This document shows positions 11,401 through 19,239 of a stretch of DNA of 64,000 bases, one piece after another. How positions within the stretch are numbered: the first letter of the stretch is position 1; each line of letters begins with the position of its first letter. The DNA is from Candidatus Woesearchaeota archaeon (GTDB lineage Archaea; Nanobdellota; Nanobdellia; CAZCWL01; CAZQAZ01): positions 7,591-71,590 of the forward strand of contig CAZQAZ010000001.1 of NCBI GenBank assembly GCA_964591855.1. The letters run 5' to 3'. The notes beneath the pieces were generated by a model, which saw nothing but the letters and a program-made list of their open reading frames with translations, ran no database searches and was not told where the DNA came from. The translations under genes were made by a program, and so were the position numbers.

Positions 11401-14400
11401 AGGACTCTTGATAGGATATACTTCTACCAACCACAAGCGGGAAAGATAATGTATATAGGTTATATATACTTAGTAGGGAATACAACTGGCCAAGGAACTT
11501 CTGATTGGAAAGAAGTTGTTGAATACACGGTCAATAACTCTGGTTATAAGGTGGATACAACACCTATAGTCTTTACCGCTCATAGAAAGGGTTACAATGG
11601 AAACGTCGTGAGCTTATCTTCCTTCTCAGGACCAACCACAGTGAATATCACACTTTCTGAAAATCCTTGTGCTTACAATGGAGATGGTGACTGGAACATC
11701 AATACGACATGTGACATCCATGACATCGACGAGAATATATTTGGTAACTTAAACATTCAAACGGCAGGTAATGCTACATTCTCTAGATCCAAGTTGAGTA
11801 TTTACTCAGGAAGTGACGGGGTAAATGGCGTAAGTAATGTTGGAATACTACGTATGATAGACTCATGGGTAAAAAACATGGTAAGAGGTTATAGGATAAA
11901 GTTTGAGTCGTCTGGAGAGCTTTTGGAGTTGAACAACACAAACATAACACACTCGGCTGGTGTGAAACTCTTAGAGAATGGAAAGGCAATAATTCATGGA
12001 GGCAATATAACTGATAGTTCTTCACATGGATTGATGCTCTACAACTCAACAGATAACCTCGTCCAAGGAACATTATTCTCGTCTAGTAATGGTTATGGTA
12101 TATACGCCTTAAATTCATCCTTGAACAAAGACGTTGCAAACCTAAGCTCGTTTGTATCTAACAGCCTTGGGAGAGTTAAGGTAGATTGGTACCTAAAAGT
12201 ACGCACAGAGGATGAGACAGGTACTCCTATTGAATCTGCTGATGTGAAGGTTATAGATCAATACAACACTACAACATCTCTTTCAACGGATGCAAATGGT
12301 GAAACTCCTACAACTATCTTTACAGAATACATTGTGAATAACAGTGGTGGTATGGAGGAGTACTCCCCATACAAGATAAGCGCAAGCAAAACCAATCACA
12401 AGTCTAACTCTACGACTACGGATTTAAATGAGTCCAAAGTTGTATTGTTGATCCTCAATACGGACTATACTTCACCAAGTAAAGCCCCTGTTTTGACGGT
12501 TAAGTCTACAAACACATCTGATCCTACAGGGTGGTCTAGTGAGTATGTAAATCTAACTTGGACAGAAGCATTGGACGACAGGGGTATTTATTTCTATGAG
12601 GTTGTAAGAAATGAAGGAGCAAATAGTGTCTCCTTAGCAAATGTCTCAAACTCCACATTCAATTACGTAGACACAGCTGTACAATCTGACAAAGAGTACT
12701 CTTATTACATAGTTGCATACGACAGAGCTTACAATACTAACACTTCCAATGTTGAGAGTATTAAGGTAGATAAGAATGCACCAAATATTACTGTAACAGA
12801 TCCAGCTAATGGATCAACCGTATCATCTCCAGTGACCTTTAAGGTTAGTTATAGCGATTACTCTGAAACAAATTGTTACATAGCATTCGATTCGAACACC
12901 ACATACAACTTGATGTCAAACTCCGGATTAACAAGTGGTGTTGCAACCTACTCTGAAGACTTTACGGAGGGAACACACACTGCACATATAAAATGTGTGG
13001 ATTACTTAGGTCATGAAAATAGCACAAATGTAACCTTCTATAATATAGTACCACCAGGTGGCGTTTATGATGAAACCCCACCTACAACCTACTGTGATTC
13101 AGATGGACTGTACCACAATGAGACTTATACTGTTAACTTAACTTGTAACGACGAAGACTTTTCATACATGCAGTATTGTTACTCAACAGATACATGTGAA
13201 CCAACCACGTCAACAACTGACAACCCAGTTAGATTAACATTTGAGCCGGAGAATGCAAACTACACCATAAGATTTAGGTCCATAGACACAAATGGTAACG
13301 AAGAGAGTATTAAAGAATGTATTGTTAGGATGGTAAGCTGTACACCATTTGAGAGATTCGACCCAGAGAAAGGATGTGTGCCTTTGGAATTACCTGACTG
13401 TAGCTCACAGTGTGCAGCTTATGACGACTGGTACTTTAAGGACTTAAGTTGTCATTGTTACAATTATGAGACTCTTTATCCAGATGCAAGAGTGGAACCA
13501 ACGAATGGAACATCGAATGTGACATTTATGTATTATGTAGCCTCACAGGATAGGACAGTTGTAACAAGAATGTACATCAACGGAGAGTTAGTGGGTGGGA
13601 TAGAGCCACCACCATTACCTCCATTGCCACCACTTCCAAAGCCAGGTATACATCCTATAGCAGTGGAGAGCACACAAACCCTTCAAGCTAAAAGCACAAC
13701 AAATGCATATACGAGTAGAACATTTAGTCCTTCGTTCAATAACTTCACTGTATTCCAGGCTGGAAAGATAATTGATATGGATACAAAAGAAGATGGATTT
13801 GGGGAGTCATTTGCTGACGTCTCAGATTGGGACGCAATCAACGGAGAAATCTCAACAGATGGAGACGTGGCTACCTTATCCTGTAATAGTGGGACAGCAA
13901 CATTTGAGACAGACATACCTAAGTACTATTCTAACATTGAGATCAAAGGAGACTATGTTGACGTAGAACAATCAGATGGGAAGTTAAAGATAGTCCTACA
14001 GTGTCCAAAGACTGTCCACTTAGATGCAATAAGATTATACGACTCAATAACCGAGTATGATCCATGGACACAACCTTATGAGTACAGAATCCCTGTGAGG
14101 GTTGTATCTTCACCTACCATTAAGCATTACATTAGAGTACCATCTAACTCCATTGTAACAAATGAATATGGCAATCCAACGTCAATAACGTCTGAAGGGT
14201 TGTATTATATTTACTTTAACGCATCTTCATTCACTAACTTAGACCTTCCAGACGACTTAGTAGCCATACCTTCTGCAGTTCAGAAAATACAAATTGAAAA
14301 CTATCCAGTTGTGGACGACATACTCTTCAATGTGGAGAGTGTGAATTACTCTTCAATAATAATAAACTATAATGCTTCGTATGCTACAGGCGACGATAGA

Positions 14401-15552
14401 GATTTGGTTGTAGAATGTAGCTTTGGAAATGACACTTGTGTAGGATCAAATGGACAATGTGTCATTAGTCCAACACAGTGTGCTGACGAGGTTGTGTGTA
14501 GAGCATACGATCCAAAGTACTCTAATATATACTATCCAGGTTCAATTGTCATACCTGTGGATAGAAACAATCCAATCATATGTGGTCTTTGTGGTGGGGA
14601 GCTAGTTGGTAGCGTGTGTTGTGGAGATGAGAGTGGAGAATATCCAATATACAAGATCGTACAGAGTGGTACAACTACTACATCTGTTACAACAGATGAA
14701 GCATGTTGTGCTTCAAGTACAGCGTGTGTTAACTCACAAGTGTGTTACAGTTCTGGATCTTCAACAGTCTTTGGAAGTAAGGAATACACATGTAATAACA
14801 ATGTTTGGGTACCTGGAGCTCAACCTTCAAGTGGAGGTGGAGGAGGACCTGGAGGTGTGACTAGACCAACAGTTGGAGACATAAGACTTGTGTCAACAGA
14901 AGCTGTTGAGCCTAAGGCAAAACCAAAGCAAAATGTTACATTCGTATCTAAGTTATGTAATTATGGTAAAGGAGACATTCCTGGAGGGTTGAGTGTTGAA
15001 GTGTACGAGAGGGTAGGAGGCATAAAATCAAGAGGTAAAGTCAACTCTACTATACCAAAAGGTTACTGTGGTGACGTGGTATGGACTTCCATAGCACCAG
15101 AGGAAGGATATATATACACACCAATTCCAGAAGTTAAAATTAGCATAAATCAAAGGAGTTATACTGTACCTCCCGCGTATCCAATTTTACAACCAGAGCC
15201 TGAGAATGATATTGTTGGATTCAATGAGAAGGTTTATGCGAACATATCAGGAGTTGTATTCGTAAACAACACATATGTGAAAGCAAACCTTACCGATGCT
15301 GTATTGAAGGTTTACTCACCAGAAGGGAAGTTAGTGTACTCCAAACCAATAGGCTACTTGCCAGATAAAGGCATTGTTGTTGGCATAAACCCAACTGAGA
15401 TAAATGCAATAGGAGATAGATACTTAATCGTAGTTGAGGCATCTGCTGGATCGTATGTGGGCAGTGGTGGTTCATCCTTCTTGCAAGGAGGATTCATAGT
15501 ACCACAGGCTGGACAAGCACTTGATGACTACCTTAAAGAGCTAAACAAATAA
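2488..15552 (+). CDS. Giant secreted, probably heavily N-glycosylated cell-surface protein (about 4354 aa from ATG 2488; 4363 aa if TTG 2461 is used).
   Basis: One uninterrupted 13.1-kb ORF. N-terminal signal MVLLLLVLLISISFAAEI; ATG 2488 is preceded by GGAAGGAG. N-x-S/T sequons are extremely dense. One KCKDWDF module lies at about nt 2790-3000. Three roughly 70-aa repeats have the form [YF]YDxDGDxESGS..W[YF]xN..P-SDG-x-DYG. Long runs of NNT-rich right-handed beta-helix-like repeats occur at about nt 6200-7800, 8100-8900 and 9900-10900. Several transthyretin/CarbopepD-regulatory-like inserts are present (e.g. YRVYVVDQNNEPVGDAVVRIENST). An FN3-like segment lies at about nt 12480-12760. A PPPLPPLPPLPKP linker is at nt 13606-13644. 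The C-terminus is Cys-rich. There is no C-terminal TM. Confidence 0.8.
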   Translation: MVLLLLVLLISISFAAEIIEFGTPKVYSIHIMDAKGQALQADVELRSVAGSLVTQSRLRQGTYDLYVKPKDIPVKEIVFKKVNINGDLSLKLDTFDSKRFVQTYAIDPSLINFETAEVKVTAKGKALYKCKDWDFDAKECRGIWVKIKDLTPGEEYTLTLTKDDPGFGEGDAKSLPSSALYNGANVTTNVTTSDNVYVDVNGTLYINWTNDLPPTNILSSNVTFEMYNNQSVDVYLFNRSTSSWDLLSTIQSNITERYVKVSLPLKTSDDANLIQIAVNSTNATIDYTFLEMEYENIAPEAKGAIFVVDSLPSDPDSWTESNIDSSDDSISWSTKDKSQDAIIGFYSAHASSTTKEFYYPKSFAASWNLTDYEQGTINFYAKASSSKTLDLDLFDSDGDALVATLNLTQDWKFFSIELDKMRYDCTIGNGNCDGFNYGDVSGVYIWDGSSGSTFDVDVYIDGLHFDKALLYGRTVTAKTYYYDYDGDPESGSQLNWYNNSNYVSSDETYTVTSIKGNNLTLEYIPSDGTDYGQGFNYTKTIDNTPPMAYAPTISPSEVYTDTDIACQPEGATDVDGDEVLTAIKWYINNSEVLPAVLESYDSFGDHYGVCAKNATDFYLTYWVVKTEIIFDPRTGKSSTKTTYNSKIREFSSVSGSKDVATITSYDYYPKAIAYDGHNIWFYGSQNGKIYRFNITSGSVDANFSVGFGPVDMAWNGTYLYVSDSLNVYRVNTTKAIQYGNLESGVDAAVVLPVKHSSLAINSSKYIVTDSDLIYVIDENLSVKEVYPFTDVKESGGNSFAARGITFNEGLWALYSSSSGGYLDKINLTQLYILNSTFTKHFDVVACGVLPFDGEDKGEVNASSINVLNTPPSIDNCSINPSQAYTDSNLTASSIGYYDKDGDVESNSFCSWYVNDNFIENSTQLSYTNFNKHDVVKCIYYPSDGYDYGSPKECTTTILNSEPTITSTSPANESIVNSLDFSITATDKDSDSLTYFFYVDQTDGTTLVGTSSDGTFTYTASDGTYFWRVNVSDGEVNTTSQLYKVTLDTVKPSSSHISVNDTHVGSYAKFSALWNENVDLDYFIFSTNNTGVWVNDTAVSISGTSNYTNVTKTLNSTRGLEVDWIIYVWDKAGNMNSTGIQKLITTNNPPEARNVVIKPTDDVYPYTNLTGEYMYYDQEGDPESGSLYRWYKNGKLLSGETSTTLEANFTVGDNITFEVTPYDGFDYGQPVNYTVTVKSTCEAPSEGQWRIYNESCSLTNVDVVVDGLKVDKDSSLEIRDSKYTLIINGNLTVDGNLTISNSTVKFNCTSSGACGVLVESTGNLIVDNDSYITSLNSNTFFFKVYGKLHANNSTFEKLYLDATTIHGGIQLYSNSNVVKNSLFKQSDGAMYASWANSTIFEGNTILQSYNATKGYNFEAVGIYVENSKNLSIKGNALSGTPWGIALYKVQSSYVEDNVIENTTGGIYIIETKDLTVKNNTISKIQDAAVQTGDTDSNELYGNAFTMESSENISLSGNNVSDGDRDSVSVYSLRNSGSDISISEDRADGVRSILVFGYSPTISNLSIKRCTFTNVGGIDTGTDSVLLNYLLDSNTISFSSGGIEILHANSYGVINNNTLSTPSDLDYLVYIRKGNVTNNDLLAKKAVLITENITLTNNVIHSQASGSRGIDCSSGVGTIENNTIYNYQYGVYYRGCSYNLTNNEIYNNTYGVYQPPQSVRLKDNHIYENTYGIYTSQGLDSVNNTFCNNTITDLYSNYNNSLAAFNTSNYFCTGSKSGYRAYNIFNNYRVYVVDQNNEPVGDAVVRIENSTSDLVSQLTTYSSGYTPYTNIKTDILYNNGLLVASNPHTLKVSKPYYYSNTTSTNITSNSQTDTVSITYAPCTYFGGDWILIESCTLNNEDLTINGNIEVPENITLTLNSTTLRMNSSYDGEHNITVYGKLITLNNSHITNVTSRYDLFVYGNTSIDNTTLDNYRVFEIWSMNSNVTNSILKGGDDGLRTYSSDLNLENVTVTSIGTSIYAHNSQLNLNSLTLTNSSEGIFSFNSAINATDLKVDNNTKAITLSKSDLVFTGGNVSYNGRGIYAVDSNVSVQSTAFCNNSQQHVYALNTTFNTSAFGTSNSFCSGDATKERARKEWYYSVKVVDSIGQPIEGAKVELYNSTSDLIFTKYTNSQGTFDKVNITQDYISRDGTYYSSTPHTVTASKEAFQTNTSTTDINTSKVDTLTLQDTCSYPSDGDWIIDTNTSCVGRNIVINGNVTVNNGVKLILRNSTLSINASEYIPAVTEIKIDVPDSFTVRDETSKVNLTCERPVDIWWEIVAPDGTTKRFSGGEGIAYSWGAIDLLTSQNLYYNLTNKVVQQAVYYDNTFGGLGILSNGTWTLRLTNYNTPNNCVIHSWNITLKDENGVDHVYNNTTEIKVKQPKLTNVMSYGDLELVGSNIKSSNDHYFMFKVYGHIYSDNTKFEDLATVKYGVKYIGGAAWPLVNGGNLGSLGPGGLQIYSDNNTIRNSNISNTQERTLWLEGSSFNLIENNYFYSRGYGIVLASAYNDNPTANNTFRNNVIIGGKGNGGKDALDEKVYAYNNTFYNNTFIGYLNDRAVQSSNNAFLRPYPNYFMSNIFKNGVYDQMGKARFINNTFYGVGFKIPPLGYSYTSECYIINNTFNNSRLDIDPYRGGSWIKIVNNTFISPSTLQVGGGYSYLSNILFANNTINNTEKVYFFRTSSLNVTNNKVTNARMVMTLIRNGLISENKIINATKQDGALEVLNSHANITNNTILNSPANGIYGALTSFSYTSHLNITGNRICNSSGYGIYLKDVTYDPADLSASNDFACEYNHKGRVSVAWSIKAHTMDQNGNDLPGAEVTAVNNTNDKVFSSYTEYLVDNCKDQSEWTTVNMTMVKGTSYGGYWMMNATGDNALAHRSLDGASGYDYIMYSSHWPGYGIPYYVNITYMTGPMDVYLINDTKGTRYLKIDRYRTLDRIYFYQPQAGKIMYIGYIYLVGNTTGQGTSDWKEVVEYTVNNSGYKVDTTPIVFTAHRKGYNGNVVSLSSFSGPTTVNITLSENPCAYNGDGDWNINTTCDIHDIDENIFGNLNIQTAGNATFSRSKLSIYSGSDGVNGVSNVGILRMIDSWVKNMVRGYRIKFESSGELLELNNTNITHSAGVKLLENGKAIIHGGNITDSSSHGLMLYNSTDNLVQGTLFSSSNGYGIYALNSSLNKDVANLSSFVSNSLGRVKVDWYLKVRTEDETGTPIESADVKVIDQYNTTTSLSTDANGETPTTIFTEYIVNNSGGMEEYSPYKISASKTNHKSNSTTTDLNESKVVLLILNTDYTSPSKAPVLTVKSTNTSDPTGWSSEYVNLTWTEALDDRGIYFYEVVRNEGANSVSLANVSNSTFNYVDTAVQSDKEYSYYIVAYDRAYNTNTSNVESIKVDKNAPNITVTDPANGSTVSSPVTFKVSYSDYSETNCYIAFDSNTTYNLMSNSGLTSGVATYSEDFTEGTHTAHIKCVDYLGHENSTNVTFYNIVPPGGVYDETPPTTYCDSDGLYHNETYTVNLTCNDEDFSYMQYCYSTDTCEPTTSTTDNPVRLTFEPENANYTIRFRSIDTNGNEESIKECIVRMVSCTPFERFDPEKGCVPLELPDCSSQCAAYDDWYFKDLSCHCYNYETLYPDARVEPTNGTSNVTFMYYVASQDRTVVTRMYINGELVGGIEPPPLPPLPPLPKPGIHPIAVESTQTLQAKSTTNAYTSRTFSPSFNNFTVFQAGKIIDMDTKEDGFGESFADVSDWDAINGEISTDGDVATLSCNSGTATFETDIPKYYSNIEIKGDYVDVEQSDGKLKIVLQCPKTVHLDAIRLYDSITEYDPWTQPYEYRIPVRVVSSPTIKHYIRVPSNSIVTNEYGNPTSITSEGLYYIYFNASSFTNLDLPDDLVAIPSAVQKIQIENYPVVDDILFNVESVNYSSIIINYNASYATGDDRDLVVECSFGNDTCVGSNGQCVISPTQCADEVVCRAYDPKYSNIYYPGSIVIPVDRNNPIICGLCGGELVGSVCCGDESGEYPIYKIVQSGTTTTSVTTDEACCASSTACVNSQVCYSSGSSTVFGSKEYTCNNNVWVPGAQPSSGGGGGPGGVTRPTVGDIRLVSTEAVEPKAKPKQNVTFVSKLCNYGKGDIPGGLSVEVYERVGGIKSRGKVNSTIPKGYCGDVVWTSIAPEEGYIYTPIPEVKISINQRSYTVPPAYPILQPEPENDIVGFNEKVYANISGVVFVNNTYVKANLTDAVLKVYSPEGKLVYSKPIGYLPDKGIVVGINPTEINAIGDRYLIVVEASAGSYVGSGGSSFLQGGFIVPQAGQALDDYLKELNK

Positions 15553-15558
15553 ATACCA

Positions 15559-16224
15559 ATGGTTCTTAACTTTCATATGGATGAGCCTCTTAATTTTGAT
15601 GACGTGTACAATGAATGGGTTCAAATAGACAGACAAGTTTCAGACCCTATTGTAATTAACTTTGGAAAGTTTACTTTGATTTTCATTTTGATTAATGTGC
15701 TGGTTTATGTCTTAAGTGCATTTTTTCCTTTAGTTCAGCTATTTGCTATGAATAGAGTTTATATGTTCCAGCTTTGGAGGTGGATCACATCACTTTTCTT
15801 CCACTTTAGCATAACACATCTTCTATTCAATATGATTTCTTTGTTTATATTTGGGAACATAATAGAAAGGAGGTTGGGGTCAAGAAACTTTTTGCTCCTT
15901 TACTTTCTTTCTGGAATATTTGGTAATGTAGGATTTTTATTGTTTTCAGGTCCATACACTTTTGGAGCTGGAGCATCTGGTTCTATATTTGGTTTGATAG
16001 GTGCAGCAACCATCCTTTATCCAAACCTTGTACTTTACATAAACTTCATACCTCTTCCATTGAAGGTTGCAGGACCCCTTATGGCCTTAGGCGAGTTTAT
16101 ACTCCTACTTGGTGCAAGGGATGGGATAGCACATTCCGCACACGTCTTTGGATTTGTTGTTGGGATAGTGCTAGCATTTTACTTAAGGAGGAGAGAGCTT
16201 GGATACAGTAGATCTAGTTCTTAA
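15559..16224 (+). CDS. Rhomboid-family intramembrane serine protease.
   Basis: 221-aa polytopic membrane protein with GASGSIFG (catalytic Ser in GxSG) and downstream AHSAHVFGF (catalytic His). Starts 7 nt after the giant ORF stop. Confidence 0.7.
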   Translation: MVLNFHMDEPLNFDDVYNEWVQIDRQVSDPIVINFGKFTLIFILINVLVYVLSAFFPLVQLFAMNRVYMFQLWRWITSLFFHFSITHLLFNMISLFIFGNIIERRLGSRNFLLLYFLSGIFGNVGFLLFSGPYTFGAGASGSIFGLIGAATILYPNLVLYINFIPLPLKVAGPLMALGEFILLLGARDGIAHSAHVFGFVVGIVLAFYLRRRELGYSRSSS

Positions 16225-16957
16225 TGAGCTGAAGAGATCAAAGAAGTATAAGAGCTTACATGAGGATCTCTTAATCCCAATAATCCTTAAACATTTGCCT
16301 GAGACACAAGATACTAGAACTAAGGAATTCAAGGACAAGATTAAAAGCATTAAGAGAGAGCTTCACAAAGCATATGCAGCTTACATCCAAAACAAGAGAA
16401 GAATAGAGACCTTACTTAAGAAAGGTGCAAGTGAAGAGGAGATAATGGCTCTTCACTCTTCCACTAAGGAAAGACTTCCTTACTACAAGGAATTTTACTC
16501 ATCGATTTTTAAGATCACAGGGAAGCCAAAGAGAGTTGCGGACATAGGGTGTGGCTTAAATCCCCTTTCCTACAAGTATTTTGGATGTAAACCCTTCTAC
16601 TTTGCAATGGATGTAGACCCTTTCGTTATCAATGCGGTTAACACTTACTTCAATATGAAAGGCATAGATGGAAGAGCTGTGCTTGGTTCAGCACTTGAAC
16701 TTAAATACGATTTCAAAGATTATGACGTTGTTCTGATGTTGAAGTTACTCCCATTACTTGAATCCCAAAGGAAAGGAATCACAGAGCAGCTTTTGTCCCA
16801 AATAAAATCAAGGTACATTGTATTCTCCCTCCCAACGAGGTCTCTTTCGTCTAGAAAGCCACTTGACACTTCCTTTTTCAAGGAAAAGATACCTTACAAA
16901 AAGCTTATTAAGTTTCCTAACGAAGAGGTTTTAGTATACGAAAGCCCCGTCGTCTAG
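16199..16957 (+). CDS. Class I SAM-dependent methyltransferase, FmrO/Rmt(ArmA)-like signature.
   Basis: 252-aa ORF with motif I VADIGCGLNPLSY. GCG-x-NPL is the signature I associate with 16S rRNA m7G1405 methyltransferases. Overlaps the rhomboid stop (26 nt) and the tRNA-Gln 5' end (15 nt). Confidence 0.45.
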   Translation: MDTVDLVLNELKRSKKYKSLHEDLLIPIILKHLPETQDTRTKEFKDKIKSIKRELHKAYAAYIQNKRRIETLLKKGASEEEIMALHSSTKERLPYYKEFYSSIFKITGKPKRVADIGCGLNPLSYKYFGCKPFYFAMDVDPFVINAVNTYFNMKGIDGRAVLGSALELKYDFKDYDVVLMLKLLPLLESQRKGITEQLLSQIKSRYIVFSLPTRSLSSRKPLDTSFFKEKIPYKKLIKFPNEEVLVYESPVV

Positions 16958-17015
16958 TGGTCAAGGATGCGAGGTTCTGGCCCTCGTGACCCCGGTTCGA
17001 ATCCGGGCGGGGCTA
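16943..17015 (+). tRNA. tRNA-Gln(CTG).
   Basis: Acceptor stem agccccg/cggggct with A1-U72 (common for archaeal tRNA-Gln). Anticodon stem cgagg/cctcg with loop ttCTGgc. T arm ccggTTCGAATccgg. Discriminator a. Confidence 0.85.
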
Positions 17016-18268
17016 TGATACAATTTTTAAATACAGAGCTCTTTATTCTTTTGATGGCTAAGAGGTTGATAGATAGAATAAAGGAAATGAGTCCTGGAGA
17101 GAGAGGAAGATTTCTATTGGGTTTACCAAGAAGGAGGAGAGAAGAGGTGCTGAACTCTTTGAAAAATGAAGAGATTCTACAAGCTTTACACTACCTTGAT
17201 CCAGATGAAGTGGCAGATGTCTTACGGAGTGTAAGTAGCTTGAGAAGGAGATATCTCTTGTCAAAACTAGGTAAGGAGATGAAAGGAAAAGTAGAGTATC
17301 TACTAAGTTTCGATCCAAGAACGGCAGCAGGTCTTATGAGCCTTAATTATATAATAGTCAGTGATGATGCAACTTTAGGAGACGTGGCTAAAGATTTAAG
17401 AGTACACGAAAAGAGAACAGGCAAGACACCAGAAGTCTTAGTTGTGGATAAGAAAGGAAAGTTTCTTGGGGGGCTTCCAAGTTATGCCTTAGCTTTACAC
17501 AAAGGCAATGAGAAAGTGATTAAGCACGTTAAGAAACTACCTACTTTAAGATACGATGTTAAAGAAAGCGATGTTATTAAAGCCTTCAAGAAGCACAAGC
17601 ATGGAAAGCTTGTTGTTCTTGACGACGATGGAAGTGTAATGGGAGTAATATACTCCGATGACATCCTTAGGATCATCAGTAAGGCTATGTCTAAGAGTAT
17701 TTATAACTTTGCAGGTGTGAGCGAAGAAGAAGATGCTCTAGACCCTTTTACAACCAAAATAAGATACAGGTACAAGTGGCTTATAATAAACCTTCTTACA
17801 GCTTTCTTAGCAGCTTCTGTTGTAGCAGCTTTTAGAAACACAATATCTTCTCTTGTTTTGTTGGCAGTTTACATGCCAATAGTTGCAGGCGAAGGTGGAA
17901 ACGCTGCCACTCAAACCTTGGCTGTTATGGTTAGAGGTCTTGCTTTAGGAGAGATAAAACCAAATACAGCTAAAAGAGTGATACTTCACGAAGCCTTAGC
18001 AGGTGTGATAAATGGTATCATAACTGGTTCTATTGTGGCTGCGGTTGCACTTTTAGTCAATAGAAGCCCAATTATAGGTTTGGCCGTTGGACTAGCTATG
18101 ATCATAAATCTTTTTATAGCAGGAGTATTTGGAGCCATAATTCCTTTGATAATGAAGAAACTTGGCAAAGACCCAGCCACATCTGCTACAATATTTATAA
18201 CCACCGCTACAGATGTGTTTGGCTTCCTGTCTTTCTTAGGTATAGCAACACTCCTCCTTCGTCTATGA
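17015..18268 (+). CDS. mgtE: Mg2+ transporter MgtE.
   Basis: N-terminal cytosolic domain plus CBS-like region. C-terminal TM domain has PIVAGEGGNAATQTLAVMVRGLALGEI and ATDVFGFLSFLG, both typical of MgtE. The track start at 16967 overlaps tRNA-Gln. ATG 17015 or ATG 17054 (MAKRL...) is more likely. Confidence 0.65.
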   Translation: MIQFLNTELFILLMAKRLIDRIKEMSPGERGRFLLGLPRRRREEVLNSLKNEEILQALHYLDPDEVADVLRSVSSLRRRYLLSKLGKEMKGKVEYLLSFDPRTAAGLMSLNYIIVSDDATLGDVAKDLRVHEKRTGKTPEVLVVDKKGKFLGGLPSYALALHKGNEKVIKHVKKLPTLRYDVKESDVIKAFKKHKHGKLVVLDDDGSVMGVIYSDDILRIISKAMSKSIYNFAGVSEEEDALDPFTTKIRYRYKWLIINLLTAFLAASVVAAFRNTISSLVLLAVYMPIVAGEGGNAATQTLAVMVRGLALGEIKPNTAKRVILHEALAGVINGIITGSIVAAVALLVNRSPIIGLAVGLAMIINLFIAGVFGAIIPLIMKKLGKDPATSATIFITTATDVFGFLSFLGIATLLLRL

Positions 18269-18307
18269 GTAGTTTATTTTATATAGGTTAAGGTCTTTAG
18301 TAAGAGT

Positions 18308-19201
18308 ATGGATACGGTAAAGAAGATTCTCAACGACATTAAAACCCTAAAGATACAAGGAGCAACAAATGTTGCCAAGGCATCACTCGAAGTACTAAAC
18401 CTGGTCTCTAAGAAGTCCAAAGCAAAAACTTTCGATTCTTATTTCAAGGAATTAGAGTCAGTGAGAGATAAAATACTAAAGACAAGGCCAACAGAACCCA
18501 TGGCATACAACATAATAGGACTAATAATCAAAGACCTAAAAGAGTACCCCAACCTCGAGAAGGCTAAGAAAGACTTGCCAAGGCTAATAAAGTATTACGT
18601 CAACAGAATTAAAGAATCAAAGGAAGAAATAGGAAGAATTGGTTCAGGTTTAATAAGAAATGGCTACACCATTTTAACCCACTGTCATTCCTCTACTGTT
18701 ATGAGTATATTTAAGTCAGCAAAGGATAGTGGAAAGAAGTTTAAAGTGATCTGCACAGAGACAAGGCCTTTATACCAAGGTAGAATAACTGCGAAAGAGC
18801 TCCTAAAATATAAGATAGATACAACAATGATTGTGGATTCAGCTGTTTCCAATGTTATGAAGGATGTTGACGTGGCCTTCATAGGCTCGGACTTGATTAC
18901 AGCCACAGGAGACATTGTTAACAAAGTAGGAAGTATGAATGTGGCTTTGGCATGTAAGAGGACAGATACACCTTTGTATGTGGCCGCATCTATCTTAAAA
19001 CTTGATACATCAACCCTCTTTGGGAGGACACCCGTGATAGAGCAAAGAGACCCAAGAGAAGTGTGGCCAAACCCTCCAAGAGGTTTAAAGATCCTAAACC
19101 CTGCCTTTGAGATAGTCCCTAGTGACTTAATAAAAGCAATAATAACAGAAAAGGGAATAATAAGACCTGACTCTGTTTACGACGCATTTAGAACCCCATA
19201 G
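18308..19201 (+). CDS. eIF-2B alpha/beta/delta-family protein (aIF-2B subunit or ribose-1,5-bisphosphate/MTR-1-P isomerase-like).
   Basis: 297 aa. The TILTHCHSSTV, KVICTETRPLYQGR and SDLITATGDIVNKVGS motifs fit the eIF2B/MtnA fold family. Confidence 0.6.
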   Translation: MDTVKKILNDIKTLKIQGATNVAKASLEVLNLVSKKSKAKTFDSYFKELESVRDKILKTRPTEPMAYNIIGLIIKDLKEYPNLEKAKKDLPRLIKYYVNRIKESKEEIGRIGSGLIRNGYTILTHCHSSTVMSIFKSAKDSGKKFKVICTETRPLYQGRITAKELLKYKIDTTMIVDSAVSNVMKDVDVAFIGSDLITATGDIVNKVGSMNVALACKRTDTPLYVAASILKLDTSTLFGRTPVIEQRDPREVWPNPPRGLKILNPAFEIVPSDLIKAIITEKGIIRPDSVYDAFRTP

Positions 19202-19239
19202 CAAACTTAATAAGTTTTAAAAGGGCTTTATTAACTATA

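Noticed and set aside
16967-17014. N-terminal extension of mgtE (MRGSGPRDPGSNPGGA) from the track.
   Set aside because: It lies entirely within tRNA-Gln and is translated tRNA sequence. The real start is ATG 17015 or 17054.
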